A stretch of DNA of 64,000 bases from Setoptus koraiensis. Taxonomy: Eukaryota; Animalia; Arthropoda. The translations under genes were made by a program, and so were the position numbers. This document shows, piece after piece, positions 1 through 15,016 of this stretch. The DNA lies in contig CM106585.1 of NCBI GenBank assembly GCA_048013815.1, forward strand, positions 23,188,001 to 23,252,000, written 5' to 3'. Under the pieces are notes generated by a model. That model ran no database searches and was not told where the DNA came from. It worked only from the letters and a program-made list of their open reading frames with translations. Within the stretch, counting starts at the first letter, position 1. Each line of letters opens with the position of its first letter.

Positions 1-369
1 CCATTTCAACCTGTTGTTGTCGTTGTTGTCGTTGTTGTCGTTGTTGTTGTCGTAGCTTCTCTGTTGTCTCGATTGATAACAACGGCGAATAATGAACGAT
101 AATGATAGTAACGACCAGTCGAGCCCGGCACCGTTGCAAGCGCACAAACACATCAGTTCTCTGGCTAGGAATTGCCAGCCTCGAACTGTGAGCTTCGAAA
201 TTGTAAGCGTCCAACAAGGTGGTTAGATGACGTTTTTAACGACGAATTGTTGGCTGGTTCTTTGATCGAGATAACAAGAGACGGAGCAACAGACTGAGCT
301 CGGCGGCGACAAGCTATTCAAAGCATGCAGCTTGTGACAGCCAGCAGCCAGACAGCAGCGGCAACAGCG

Positions 370-408
<39 letters not shown>

Positions 409-701
409 GGTGGAGAGAAGGCCTGATGCGGTTGCTTTTGGCGCTCGAAGCAGGTAGCTGCTGCTGCTGTTGTTGTTTGTTAATGGTCAAACTACTACTA
501 ACGGTGGCAGTGGTGGTGGCGGCGGTGGTTGCTGTGGTAGTGTTAGTGGAAGCATGGCCAAAGAAGCAATGCCCACCTAGCTCTCTATTTTTTACTTCTT
601 TCCCCCGCTCTCTCGCTCACTGTCTAAACAGATCTGTCTTGTTCATTTATCATCAGACACACACACTTTGCTACACTGCACTGTCAAGAAACTCTCACTC
701 C

Positions 702-771
702 CAGCAACAACAACAACAACAACAGCAACAACAACAACAGCAACAACAACAACAGCAGCAACAACAGCAAC
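702..771. repeat. (CAA/CAG)n trinucleotide microsatellite
   Basis: Read directly. Confidence 0.9.
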
Positions 772-2215
772 GAGACCGTTAGTGGTGACCGTTACCAGCT
801 AGCTGGTTGGTTGGGTAGTAGTTGTGTCATGTGTGTGTGTGAGTGTGAGTGTATGTCATGAAATTGAAAAATAACAACTAGCGAGCGGCTTCGTTTCACC
901 GAGATTAGTCACAACACAGCGAGCCAGCGAGAGAAAGCAAACAAGCAGCAACCAGGTGAACCGCATTACATAACATAATCACAGTTAGATGTGACTGGTC
1001 GATCATCAAATGATCATTCTGTCTCGGGTACTCATTGTTCACTATAGTCATCACTTAATCATTTAAAATCATTATAAATATATATATATATCAACCTCGT
1101 CAACGTCATCAGCGTCGCCAAGACACCCAAGCGCCAAGAAGACCCATTGACAGCAAGACACAATCAACACCTTCGACTGATACCAGTTTCACAGAGCAAT
1201 TCATCAGCGATCAAACTAACGAATAAGAGGTAAAGTCTTTCTCGCAATCTGTCTCTTTCTTTTGTCTCAATTTCGTTATCAATTATCGGCTGTATCAATC
1301 AGAGAGTGACAATTAGAGATAAAGAGCGAGATGCCAATTAATCAATGAGCAGTGATCACGACAACTCGCTATTGTCTTGTGAGCCTGCAACAGTGTCTTT
1401 GTGGCCACATACAGATCCGCTAATTTATTTAAGTAGAAAAACTTTAAATGCGACAGAGAGCGAACAACAACAAAAAAATATAAATATAATTTTTAATTGT
1501 TACATAACGTTGCAAAGCATTGTGAAAGCATCATTGTGTGTCAGCCGCGAGGCCAATGATCTCATGATTTCAATGGTCCTGTCATTGATTTATCTTTCGC
1601 AGCTTTTTTTTTCATGCGACTCCCACTGAGAGCCCCAAACAACTAACAATACTGTTGCTTTCATCATCTTTGGCTTCGCTATATAATTGACAGCAATCAC
1701 AAGATCATGTTACATTTGTCGCTTGTCAACTAACCCACTAACCAGCACCAACTTGTTGCACAATTTTCTTTTATCAGGTTAGTATACCGATTGCTAAAAT
1801 ATTTTGACCAGACTCATACAGAGAAAGCGATAGAGAGAAAGTCTATAGTGAGTAAAGAGAGCGAATGAAGCAACAATTTCATCATAAATCAGCATAAATA
1901 AATATCACTGTCATCTGCTTGTGAGCAAATCTGAGTATGAACTAGTTAGTAGTTAACATAAAAATCCTCATTACATCTTGTGACTAACCGATTATAAACT
2001 GACTTGAATAATAATTGAACATAGGTTGGCACATATCTGGATAGACGCAGCGCATCATCTCGTCCGATAGAAGAAAAACCAACCACTTCGAATCAAAAGT
2101 GACACTAGGTGGTCAATTGCCAGTTATCGTCGTCGTCGTCGTCATCATCACAACAACACAAGATATAGTTTAAACTTATTCAACGAATAACGGTCCCATT
2201 CGCCAAGCAGCAATC

Positions 2216-5200
2216 ATGCCAAAAATGTCTATGCAAGAAAACTTTTTGCAATTTACTAATACAATGCAATTGAAATCAATTTGCATTAGTTGGTTCAGTG
2301 TATTTATTGTTATATCACTCGCAATTAGTCAATTGGAAGCACTTAGTTTGATATCTGAAAAATGTGATCCAGCTAAGGTTGGCCCAGACGAGACGACAGT
2401 GAAAGGCGGTTGGCAAGCCGAAATGTTCAATGGTTTAGCCTTTAGAGCCTGCGGTAAGTAAATCAAAATTATTATTATTTTTTTTTTTTCGTATTTTAAA
2501 ATCAATTAACAAACACAATGGATGACTGGTGAAGTGACTTTTGGCCACTTTGCGAACATTGTTACATAAGAGCGCCACCACTAAATGAGTCAAGTGATAC
2601 TTTCATTCATTCATGTGATAATAACGGTAAAATGTAAAATAATGTGACTGTGTATCCGTGTAAGGCCAACAAGTTGACCATTTCCATTACATTTCCATTA
2701 TGTTTGCAGTTATTTGCTCTCTCGCACACACTCATACATATACACTGGACAGGCAGCGTCCACTTCCGCTTTGAACTAGACCTATCAATGGTTAAAAAGC
2801 TATAGTATGTGGTCAACAAGTGTCACATTACTGTTATGCTCATATTTTAATGCTCAAACTTGTTATTTCCATGCAGACACAACAGGTAGTTAGTGGCGCC
2901 AGCTCACCTGTGTATGTGTGTGTGTCGTGTCATAAAAATTAACCCGTAGATTGTGGTGGTGATAATGATTTCTTTGGGAATATTATATTATTTTCATCAT
3001 CATTATGATTATTGTTTCACTGGTCACTTGCATTCGAATTAACTTTCACTGACACTCGTTTTGTTATCTTCCATCTGTTCATCTTTTTATGCCGTCACAT
3101 TGCAACTTAAATCAAATTATGCTGACAATATGAATATACTGCGCGACTTGCAATAATGTTGTCTGAAACGAACGAAATGAATAAATGTAACAACTAATTA
3201 TTACTTATTAATAATCGGGAAAAACACACACACACAGACAAGAATTGTATGCCAGAAACAAATAGAGCGGCTATAATATCTTGCTTTAAACAACATTCGC
3301 CAAGAGCATTCAATTTCTACCAGCAATGTACATCAAACTCAACTCTCCAATGTAAAGAAGAAAACAAACAGGAAGTTCACTTTTGTTTGGCTTCATTATC
3401 GCAATCGTTTGTCCAACAAGAGAAATGTGGTCAAATACTAAACGAGGCCACAATTAAATGTTTAGCTCCACAGTTGACCGATCAAATTGAATTATGTTTC
3501 ATCAAGGAGAACGTTCATCGTACAGGTACAACATCAACATCATTGGCAACAACTAGCACTAACACGACGGCCAATCATCTAGAAGTCATTGTGCAATCAC
3601 CTAAGCCAGCCAGAGCCTTCTTGAAGCAATTTGAATACGCTAATTACGATGCATGTAAGTAATTTGTTGTTTAGTTATTTCGCGACTGACACACTTGCTC
3701 GAAAGGCAAACAAACAGCCCAACAAATAAACAAACAACGTAACAAACAAACAACAAACAAATGAACAACCTAACAAACAAACAGGCGGAACAAACGCAAC
3801 AATGCCTAAAGCAAAACAACTGACCACTGACCAACAGTGACCACTTTCTCCACTAACATTCGCATGCATACACAAACTGACCAATAGCCGCTAACTGACC
3901 GTTCCATTGTTACTCATTGTTGTCATTCGCTATATATAACTACATGTATATACATATCGTTCTATTGTGACCAACAGTGAGACACGCTTGCGATCCCGAG
4001 CTGGAATTTGATCAGCAAATTACGTCACAGGAGATGACCGAAATTCAAGCCTTCTATACTATAGCTTCAACATTGTGCAGAGGTAAGCCATTGCGAACCA
4101 CTCAGTGGCTAGCTTGCAACAGCCAGTGGTAGACTCGACTTGTTTGTTTGCCGCAAACAAGTCCACTCAATTGTCCAAATCAATCTATTATAACCGTCGC
4201 TATTGTTTTTTCTTCCTTCTCTTTGCCGCTTCTCATTCTTTTTCAAATCCGTGGTCTTCCGGTGCACTTCAATGCATCGCTCAATTGAATTCTCGCTCAC
4301 TTGTGTTATTCCTATTGTTAAATACAAATTGAAACACTTGTTGTCGGCCATTTCAGATGAATGTTTGCCCGCTCAATCGAAAAAGCTGATGAAAGAATGT
4401 TTAGTGAAAAATTCGTCAAATGGCGCAAAAGTTTTTAATCAATGTACCTCTCAATTTGGCAATGTTTGCACACCAAACAACGAAGAAAATCTAACTTCCT
4501 GCTTCAATACAGCCGCTCAAAATCTCACCATGAATGACAAATGTGTTGAATTGGTTTCGGATAATACACAAAAATGTTGGTCTAGCCTCATCAAGAACGA
4601 AACCACTTATTGTGTTGAAAGAAAGAATTTGCAAACAGTCTCTTTCGAATGTAAGTTTCACCTTTTCCCACTCATTGACCGCCTCAGTTTCTAATATTAT
4701 TGGCCTTTAAATTCAAATATACATCTGAATGATCGTGTTCACCATTGATAACAAATGATTTCATTTGCTCGCATGCAATCAACAACCAAATATAAATCGA
4801 TCATGACGAAACAGATGGAAAGGTGTGCAATTCAAACAATTTCAGTAAACGTTCTCGCGAGGAACAAAATCAAATTGTGATGGCTCATAAAACTAACCAA
4901 GAGAACCTGTTACGCCGGGCCCTCGAGATCATGTGCTGTAAGTCTGGCGAAACTCGATTTATTCAATTATAATCAACTCTGATTTCGACCATTATACTTA
5001 AAACAAATCTAATAACAAATTGACAAATCGCGTCAACTTTTTCACTTAACAGTCCCCAACTGTGTTAGCAACGATCAACGCACTAAAATGATCAATTGCT
5101 TACAAAAGGATTCGCCACTCGCCTATCAAATATACAATAATTGTTCGAAAAATTCGAAAATCAAATGTGATATGGAGGAAAACATTGAAAGTTATGCCGA

Positions 5201-5564
5201 ATATGTCAATTGTATCTACACTGAGGCCGATCAAATAGCAAGAGCACCAAACAGAACTAATTCGTGCGTTTATCTCATAACTGCAAACTCTTTCAAATGC
5301 CTCGAAGGTCTCTATCCAAATGAAATCTTTTACTGTCCAGGTAAGTGATAGATTAATTAGTAAAGAATTTTATCGGTATTCCGTTACTTTCAATTAGTCA
5401 ATCAAATGATTGTAACTTGATAAATCGTCCTTATTATACCTTATACATCCTGATAAATCATATCTACAGACGTGAAAGTGTTTCATGAAGCTCAAGCCGA
5501 AGCTATATCCCACCATGCAAGCGATTCATCTCAAATAGATGAATATGATTATGACAACAATTGA
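2216..5564 (+). CDS. Secreted cysteine-rich protein with three tandem 10-Cys modules (7 exons, ~503-519 aa, family unknown)
   Basis: Manually spliced: join(2216 or 2264..2453, 3238..3654, 3978..4082, 4357..4650, 4815..4937, 5053..5340, 5470..5564). All introns are GT-AG (donors gtaagt/gtaagc) and phase 1, internal exons are multiples of 3, and the frame is open to TGA at 5562-5564. Signal-peptide-like MQLKSICISWFSVFIVISLAISQLEA. Cys spacing is conserved between modules. Confidence 0.85.
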
Positions 5565-7558
5565 AATAGCGCACAAATAAACAAATAATCAAAAACGATC
5601 GAGTCATTTGGGCAGGCAAGACTGAGAACAAAAAGAAAATAATTATCATATACAAGATACTTGTCCGTTTTGTTTGTTGCTGACTTGACATTTCGATTGC
5701 ATAGTAATACTATACTATGATAGTATTACATTCCTTATATATACATTGGTATGCAACAATGATAGCACAATTCAAATGATCGTTCAAAAGAAGAAGAAAA
5801 CAACGACATGAGGAGGACTAATTAAGAAGAAGAGAAAATAAAACCACAATGGCTCATTGTCTACCGAAACCGAAACAAGATAATTGATAACAATATAATG
5901 GCATCTTCCTATCTGAAGATACAGGATATCATGGAAAGAAAACGAGAAAGAGGCAGAGAAAGCGAAAGCGAAGTATACAAATGGTTGATTAAATTAGCAA
6001 ATGAATCACAGCGAACATTTGGCCGATGCAATCATTAGTTTATTAATGAGACACCAACAACATCAAAAAGCGATGAGCTGCTCATATCATGATATAAAAC
6101 AATAATACTAATATAAAATATATTGTATAGCTAGCTGAAATCATTTACTGTGGTTATTGTGATCACAATTGAACCGTCTTATCTTGTCAACAGTCTCTCA
6201 TTTTCTCTCTATCTTCATCTGTTTCCTGCTAAAGTTCAAGTAAACAATGCTATGAACAGCATTTAGAGCAGCAACAATTGTGACACGATTAACGGTTCAC
6301 AAGACACAATCCATGAGAAAAACTACTATTGTTGGTGGTATCAGTATCAGTTAATTGGAGAATTGATTGAATTCGATTGGGCGAACAAAAAGAAGACAAA
6401 AAAAGCAGCACAAAAAGATACAAATCGTCTGATCAATTAGATTTATTAGATAATAGCAGCAGCAGCAGCAGATTTGTTTGATATTACAGGAACATACCAG
6501 ACAGAGGCAATAAGATAGTTAGAATGAATAAAAGGAATTTGGTTCAATCGAAGCTCACATTCTCACATTGCGATGTCATTGTGGAACAAACCAACTCAAT
6601 CACTACTAATTCAACTAACCAATACCGATTGAAATTACTATACTTAACATGTTACCAGCAAAAACTGACGCCTGTATTTTATAAGAGACATTAACATCTT
6701 GAACGCTTGTCCGCTCTAATGAACTACTACTCTATGACAATCATTATTCACATTTCATTAATTAAGTTGAGCTAATTAATAAAAATATGTCACTATAACC
6801 CCCTTTGATATTACTATCAGTCCATGCTTTTATCCACCGTGTCACAGGCAGGTCCGGTGCTTTTGTTCGTTGCATCCTGTAATTCTTGTAGTATTTTATC
6901 ATCTATCGAAGACTTCGGGCAGCTTTGTGAATGATGGTCATGTCATCAAGTGCACCGTGAACATGACACGATGACAGGGAAGCAAATGCACACAAGCTTA
7001 AAATTTTCAATTGTGAGTAACTGAAATTTAGAAATTCTGTTAGCTAACACTTTCTAAGTAATGCTGAGTAATGATCCGTATTCAAGATCAGCCACAAATC
7101 TTGGATTAATCAAAATTGCCATTAGCACTCGCTTTATTATTATCATTATCACTATTATTATTACGTGCCGATATTTTGTCACAACGTTATTATTATAGCT
7201 TATATGATGAAATAAGTGATAATAATATTGCATAATAATAACAATAATAATAATAGAATTTTAGTAACAACGATAATAATTGTTTGTTATAATTGATGAT
7301 TACAACAACAATTATGCAAATTTCATTTTATACCATCAATTATAATGAATCATAATCAATTATGTAATGATCGTAATGATGACAATTAAAATGATGCCCA
7401 ATGGTGCTTAATGATACATCGCGTGTTTGTTTGCTTGCTTGTTTGGTTCATCATCATTAGTGATGGCAACAATTGAATTTGCATTAAATAGTAGCCTATT
7501 GGTTGTTTTGTACTGATACAGATTAAATAATAAGTGTGATGGCGTGATAGTGGTGTTA

Positions 7559-7560
<2 letters not shown>

Positions 7561-7614
<54 letters not shown>
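7561..7614. repeat. (GT)n microsatellite ~50 bp downstream of the paramyosin stop codon
   Basis: Read directly. Confidence 0.95.
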
Positions 7615-7615
<1 letters not shown>

Positions 7616-7666
7616 GTGTGTATATGATATAATAATGTGTAATTAAATGATTAATTGATTGCTTAA

Positions 7667-10600
7667 TCATTGGTATTGTTGATCCTCGTTAACAAAAACT
7701 GATCGTTGATTTTGTTGTTGTTGTGGATTGGCTGCTGTCACCCACGACCTATGTTTGGCACGGATAAAGTTTAGATTGGTTTCTGCTTGATCGGCACGGT
7801 CTTCGGCAGCTTCCAATTCGCGTTGGAATCTTCTTACACGAGTCAAATTCTGTTGTGTCAGGCCCTCTTGTTCCGCAATTTGTCTCTTGTATACCTTGAC
7901 CTTCTCAGATAATTTATCGCAAGTCTCTTGTGCCAATACGAAGCCCTTATGTTCCTCTTCGCATTGCACTAACAATTCCTTAACTCGTGCATCTTTCTTA
8001 CGCAATGTCTTTTGTGTTTCAGCATGACGACGTCTCTCCTCTTCCACCTCAATCTCAATATCACGAATACGTGACTCTAGCTTGGCAATAACACGCTTAC
8101 CGCCCGCCAATGCGTTAGCCTCAACCTCTTCCAGTCTCACCTGTAACGTTCTCACTTCCTGTTCTAGGCTCTTCTTAACGGAGTCTAATTTGGCTAGGCG
8201 CTCTTGTTCTTCGGTCAATAGATCTTTCACTGATTTGTTTTCAATGCTTAATTTTTGCACCTTTTCGTCGGCAAAGCGCAACTCCTTGGTCACCTCCTCG
8301 TAATCGCTGCTCAATGTGGCAAATTCGCCCTCTAATTTGTTCTTGGCCGCTGTCAGATTGACGTTTATCGTTTGCAACTCGTTCACCTTTTGCGAGGCCT
8401 CCTCGGCTGCCTGTTCGGCGGCCCGTTTGGCTCGCAACGCCGACTCAAAGTTCACTCTCATCTCCTCCAATTCGCCCTGTAATTGTTGGGCCCGACGTTG
8501 GGCGACATTGAGCGCATCAACAGCCTGGTTCAATTGTCTGTTGACCTCATCGTAATGGGCCTGTAGCTCTGTTATTTGTAGTCCCTGTCGTTTTATTGTC
8601 TTTTGTAAATCAATGTTTTGCTTGTTCACCACATCCAGTGTCATCTCCAATTCCGTTATCTGAGCTTGCATTTTCTTCTTGATGCGAGCCACTTCCGCTT
8701 TCAGTTTGGCCTCGGCCTCCACAAGTCGCATGTTGAGCTGCTCAATTTCGAGAGCGGTTGCCTTGCGCAATGCCTCTAATTCGTCCTCTTTCTGTTGTAG
8801 ACGCTTCTCATAGTCGTGTCTCATTGCCGCTATTTCGGCCGTCAATCGCTGACATTTGGCCTCCTCTTGTTTGCGTAATGTCTCCGCTTCGCGATAAGCC
8901 GCTGCCAATTCTTCGCGCTCATTCTCCAATCTCTTCAATTCCAATTCTTGTTCGTGCACCTTTCTAATAGCGTCATTCAATTGGTTCTTGGCGTCGGCTA
9001 GATCGTCTTGTGATTTCTTCAATTCTCTCTCTAATGCCGCCTTGGCGTCCTTCAATTTCTCATATTCGTGTGTCAATTTTTGCAATTCGGCCGCCTTTTG
9101 TCTCGCTTCGCGTTGAGCATTTTCCATCAGCATGGTTATCTCGTCACATTTGGCGCGCAAATCATTGTTGACCTTCTCCAATTGTTGGCATCTCTTCTCT
9201 AGATTTTGGGCATGAGTAGTGGCCTTCTCTAGGTCCATTATGAGCACCTCGACCTCCGATTGCAGGCGCGATTTTTGTTTCTCGAGCGAGCTGCATTTGT
9301 TGATCAGTGACTCCAATTGCTCCTCATACTCTTGTATACGTTGGGCAATCTTTCGTTTGAGGTCGTCAACTTCGTCGGCGTGCGCCAACAATTCGGCCTC
9401 ATATTTGGATTTCCACGAGGCAACGTCGCCGTTGGCCTTGGCCAATTGTCGCTCAACCTCAACGCGGGCCTCAGACTCTTCCTCTATTTGCACCTTGAGC
9501 GATTCCAATTCCACCTCCAGTGTGTGGCAGTGATTTTCCACACTGGCGCGCTTTCGTTCCTCCTCTTCGCATCGTCGTCTTGTTTCCTCTAATTGGGTGG
9601 CCAATTGTGATTTTAAGTGATTGACATTGTCCAATGACATCTTATAATCGTGTACCTCCTTGATGAGTTCAACATTTTCGTTGGCGAGACGAGTGCGCTG
9701 AGCGGTGACCTCAATAACTTGACGATTGATTTCCTCCACTTTAATGTTCAATTCGTAAATGGTGTGTTCGTGTTTCTCGACAATCTTTTGAACGGCCACC
9801 TTGTCTCTGTTTGATTGTTCCAATTGTGACATCAGCTCGAACACCTCAGCCTGAAATTTAGATTTCTCCTTTTCAGCTCTGTCGGCAAACAGTTACACAC
9901 AGTTAAAACGGGCAACAAGCATCGGAATAGAATCAATTATCAAGTCGAATCAGTCAGTTCAAATTTCAAATTAAATTATCACCGACCATGAAATATGGAA
10001 AACAATGGGAAATATGCGATGACCTACTTGCTCTTTTGCTTTTGCAATTGATCAATTTGATCTTGCATCTCGGCCGTGGCCGCCTGATGCTTGGTTCTCA
10101 AGTGATGAGCATTCTCTTCACTTTCAAGGTGGACATCCTCAAGTAATTTCCTCAATTTGGCCAATTCAGCATCGCGCTTCTTGTTCATCTCGGCCTGATA
10201 ATAGGAGGAATTTATTTAGTTATTAACGCATTAAGTTTGATCAACAAACGGCATACAGCGTGATTAAATGGTTGCGGGTTACAAACCTTCGACTCGCTTG
10301 AGCCTTCGGCGTCGTCAAGGCGCTCGGAAAGTTGCATGAGTTGAACCATGAGGTCGGATTTCTCGCGCTCAATCTAAACATTTGGGGTGACACGAACAAG
10401 CATGAACGTGATAGTAATCAAAATATTATCAGTAGATATCAGTATGGTGATAGTGCCAAGACTCACTCTCTGTCTGAGTTCTCTTTCGCCATCGAGATCC
10501 TCTTGAAGAAGGCGCACTTTGTCCTATTGTGAGCGACGAATAGTGGTGCAATTAATGATCGACCATGTGCAATTGAAAGGATTATTAGTTGCTAAGATTA

Positions 10601-10771
10601 TATACACAAATAAACGGATATTTGTTTTACAGTTGCATCAGCTGAGAGAGCTGGCCTTACCTCTAGCCTGGTCAAAGCTCCTAGGTCTGTGCCATATTCG
10701 ATTGACAATTCGCCAGAGGCTCCTGGGGCAGTCTTGTACATATATTTAGGTGATCTAGCTGCGGCGGCCAT
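7667..10771 (-). CDS. Prm: Paramyosin (mite group 11 allergen homologue), 5 exons, 877 aa
   Basis: complement(join(10661..10771, 10467..10523, 10287..10373, 10028..10194, 7667..9878)), GT-AG introns, 2634 nt. Diagnostic N-terminus [17 protein letters not shown]; heptad coiled coil with myosin-tail motifs ([30 protein letters not shown]). Confidence 0.96.
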
Positions 10772-13700
10772 GATTGTAAGCAATAGTGTAGTGTAGTTTA
10801 ATTTGAGTTTTGCTGTTGCGATTGATAGTTAAGGCGCGACGACAATCGATCTTATTTCTTCCTGTTCTATATATATATATATATATAACGTTATTTATAT
10901 ATGTATATTTGTTTATTTAGTTGTATTATTAGTTGTGTGTTGTTGTGTATAGAGGTTATAGTTGCTCTATAATTATTATAAAATAGTCTTGCTATAATAA
11001 CTTAAATTGTTTCTTTATAGTGTTATAATAATAATAACAATAATATAATTAGTTGTCTACAATAAATGTATAATTGTTGTATACATAAATTGTTGTTTGC
11101 TAAGACCACAATTATTACTAATTGGATTGGCGCGCGTAATATTCGAGGCCGCACAAGCTTTCAACTTGTTATATAACTGATATAAATCTGTAATCTCAAT
11201 CAGTGCACGTTCTGTTATGATTTTTCTATGATTGATTGATCACATAGACACACACATAAGATAATGAGATATTAAATAATCAACAAATGGTTTTTCTCTT
11301 TTTCGAAGCATGGAACTGACATATGCTATAAACACACAGTGGGTTTAGTTGTTGCTCAGTATACCGCGGTAATATCAACTTTATAAGTGCAAGCTTATCG
11401 CTAGCTGAGCCTCAAACTGGCTTGGCAATTCTTTTTATTTTTCTTGTTTCTCTTTATCTCTTGCTCTTGTTTTAGAGGCAACAAGAAACTGTGTGTGTGT
11501 GTGAGTGTGTGTGTTTTGTCGGGGGTGGGGGGTCGGAGGTCGGGGTCGGGGGCAGGCTGTTGTGGGGTGTATATACACTATATAGAGAGTAGAGACTCAG
11601 ATAAAATGTATATTATATTATATAAAGTGTGTCCAATATGCAAAGTGAAAATATGCGTTATGCATACAATTGCTACGTTATGTTATGCTGTTGTTTGTAT
11701 TGAGTAGCGGCACTAACTGGCGTTGAGTTAGCGAGAGTTGTATGAGTAGCCTGCAAATAATAAAATAATATCAGTATCAATACTATCAATACACGGGCCT
11801 GTATTGCGGCGAATTGCTCAATTACGGCACATTGGAATGAGGCGACACGACATAAGGCACCGACACAGCAGCAAAGGGCACTGGGCATGTAGAAAGTGTA
11901 AAAAATGGGGCACGAAAAGTGAAGAAACGCAAGCAAACGAATTGTGTGGGTCGCTTCGGTGTGTGCAAGCCACGGATAAGCTTGTATTAATTGCACCATA
12001 TATTGCCAGTGGTATTGATATTACTATTGATGCACAGAAGAGTTTTTCAAGGGGCTCCTATGTGTGACACATGTATGCGCGATATATACAGCGATATATG
12101 CAGCGATATATGCAGCGATATCTAGTTCAGCTCTATTTGCTGTGTCGCATGGAATTTATCCTGCTTGCAGACGCAACCAACAACGACAGCAACAAGCGAA
12201 ATCATTTTGTTTGTTGCTGTTGCATCATACTGCGTGTTGTGATTGTGACTCGGCTCGAGTAGAGATAGGAATTCTCAGTGTGGGTGTACATGGATAATTT
12301 AAGCAGATTAGCAGTTGCATGTGTGCAGCGGGCTATTATAATTATTATAATAAATATCTCAGTATTGCAATAATACTGGCAGCGCGCTGGCAAGCGCCGC
12401 CGACAATTGACAGCAACAGTGCGGATATGCAGTGGGAGTGCTGAAAAAAGAAGGTGCAAGCAAGTCGTCGCCACATAGTCGCCTAGTCGCCTAGTCGCAT
12501 AGTCACACAGTCACATAGTCGCATAGTCGCTAGTGCTATAATGAAACCCGCGGCAAGACCTAGATACTCTTTGACTCATTTTCGTATGTTCGTTGGTATA
12601 TTTAATTTATTTGCAAACGCAACGCAATTCCGTCTGTGCAAAGTCGCAATTGTCAAATGTCTCAATGTCGAAAGTGTTATGAGAGTGTAGCGCGGCTCAG
12701 CCAATAGTCACCATTCTTGCTGTTGATAACTACAATTCGCATTGTTGATTCATTTATAAGTCATTTAGTTGCGTATGACGTAAGCTCAAACAAATCTCTG
12801 TGTGTTCGTTTGTATGGGGACGCAAAACTCTAGTTAGTCATCTAGCGACCATGGCGTTGAGCTAAACGTTCAATTTCCGCACAGAAGCGCAAGAGGCGAA
12901 AAGCATTCCGACTGCACGCCTTTGTCTGATACCTATGTGAAGGTGATATTATCACCTAGTGGGCCGTTGCTCTTAATAAACAAACAACCGGAGATGTGTG
13001 TGCGATATTGGTGAGCCGAGAGCAGAGAACAGAAAGCAGGACATTCAATTAGACAATTCACGCTTCTAGAGGCTTCTTTAGACACACTCTTAGAAACTGC
13101 AAAAAAATCACGGCGACTATTGGCACCGAACAGGCGAACTTTATCAGACGATAGCTGAGATAGCTGAGTGACACAAAAATAACAAGTAACAAGTAACATT
13201 TTCGCAACGAAACTATCCTGTTAATTTGTACTCAACTCTGTTGCACTGATAATCTTTTCAATGGTGTATCATCACTAGTGGCGTAACAAGCAACTAGAAA
13301 TTTAATGCTCATGAAGAGAGAAAAAGAATGATAAATTAAATGAATTTTGCCTACGTGATGTGTGTGTGTGTCTACACAAAAATACACGACGGCAGCCAGT
13401 ACAACAATGGGGCAAATTGTTACCCATTTTGTGTCATGAGTTTGCGTTCAAGATTGAACTAGATGATTATTTAGCGACAATTAGAATTAGCTGAATTGTC
13501 TGCTGGCGCGAATCTAACAATCAACAATTGAATCAATTGAGCACTGGCTTGCTTAATTCAACATTTCTGCTCTTTTCTTCGCCTTGGCCGTCTTGCTCGT
13601 CTCGTCGCTTGCAGTTTGGGCGCCTTTCGTTTCGTTCGTTCATCTTGACTCATCCAGTCCCAACTCGTATCGTCTTGTTTTGTCTCTTCTCTTCTCGTTC

Positions 13701-15016
13701 CTTCTTGTCTCGTCTCGTCTCGCCTCGTCTCGTCAGCTAACCTTCGCATAGCACAAACTTATTCTAGCAGCTTTTGCTGTTGTTGTTGTTGTTGTTATTA
13801 TGCAATGCAAAATGTAAACATACTACTATATCACTGTCTGTGCGTAATAAAACGTAACCAAACGCAAGAATATGACTTATAACAACTTTACCATATCAGG
13901 GGTTCGAATATATGAGCTGCAAATGATGATTATTCTGTGTAAAATACTACAAATAAAGTTTACCAGCTAAACAATAATCAACACTCTAGGCGAGGCTAGT
14001 TACACACTCACATTATGCGTTAGCATGTATATAGCTCATATAGCGATCTATAAGAGTATATATATGAGTATGAGTATGAGTATGAGTACATAGCGACATC
14101 GACATCGAGCTGACAAAGTAAAGCGTTTTTTCACTTGAGCGGCATGATTTTTCTAACTACATCGCTCTGGGGCTATAGCGACCATAGCGCTTGCCATTTT
14201 AGGATTTAAACAGGATTTGGCAACTTGACTTAACTTTATATTTATGTTTCATGGTGCCACAGCCAATGATATATGCTGGCGATAGGGCATGAACTTGAGC
14301 AAGACACTTCCTCGGTGTTACTATTGCAAATATTGCAAACTGGGGACTCAGATAGTATGACTCTTACTCACTCACTCACTCACAATTGCTATTAGTTGGT
14401 TACGTTTTGTTATAAATTACTTTATTTGGGCTTTGCTTATGTGTGGGCGCTCTCACTTTTACTTCTGTTGGTTGATAGTACAGTATGTAGTGATGCAACA
14501 AATGTAGGTTATAGTAGCAGTCGTCGTCGTCGTCGTCGGCCTGTAGCATGGTAATGGCGTTATATATGCATGTATCCCACCCACAACACACTTCCATCTA
14601 TCCATCTTTTAGCCTGTTCCATCTTGCTAAGCCAACTCAATGGCCTAGCCCTCTCTTGTTGCTTTACCCGTCTTGTCTCTGTTTTAGCCATTGAGTATTC
14701 GCAGTATCATAATGATAGACTAGTATCGTCATAATAATAGAGTAGTATCATCATAGAAATAGATGGATAGCAATAGTATCCGACCTCTACACACTACTTG
14801 ACAATTTTTCTTTTTGACAAACAATTATTATTATATTATATATTATTAATAAAGTTCATTATCATTATATAGTAAAAGTTCGAATCAACAGAACAAACTA
14901 TTTAAATTTCAATCACGCAAACATCTATAAACTGATAAACAGTAATCAATAAGTAATTACATAATAACAATAATAATAATTTAAAAAAGAAAACCCAAAC
15001 ACAATCATATATCACG

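Noticed and set aside
426-782. 118-aa ORF with poly-C/V/Q runs
   Set aside because: Composed of microsatellite translations (CTG, GTG, CAA runs) with no domain; not supported as a gene.
2941-2951. AACCCGTAGAT, matching the start of miR-100
   Set aside because: Only 11 nt match, then it diverges; no complementary arm seen.
8082-9592. Plus-strand ORFs inside paramyosin
   Set aside because: Antisense shadows of a coiled-coil coding sequence; the same applies to the small ORFs opposite MYO9, MYO5, TYMS and TIM44.
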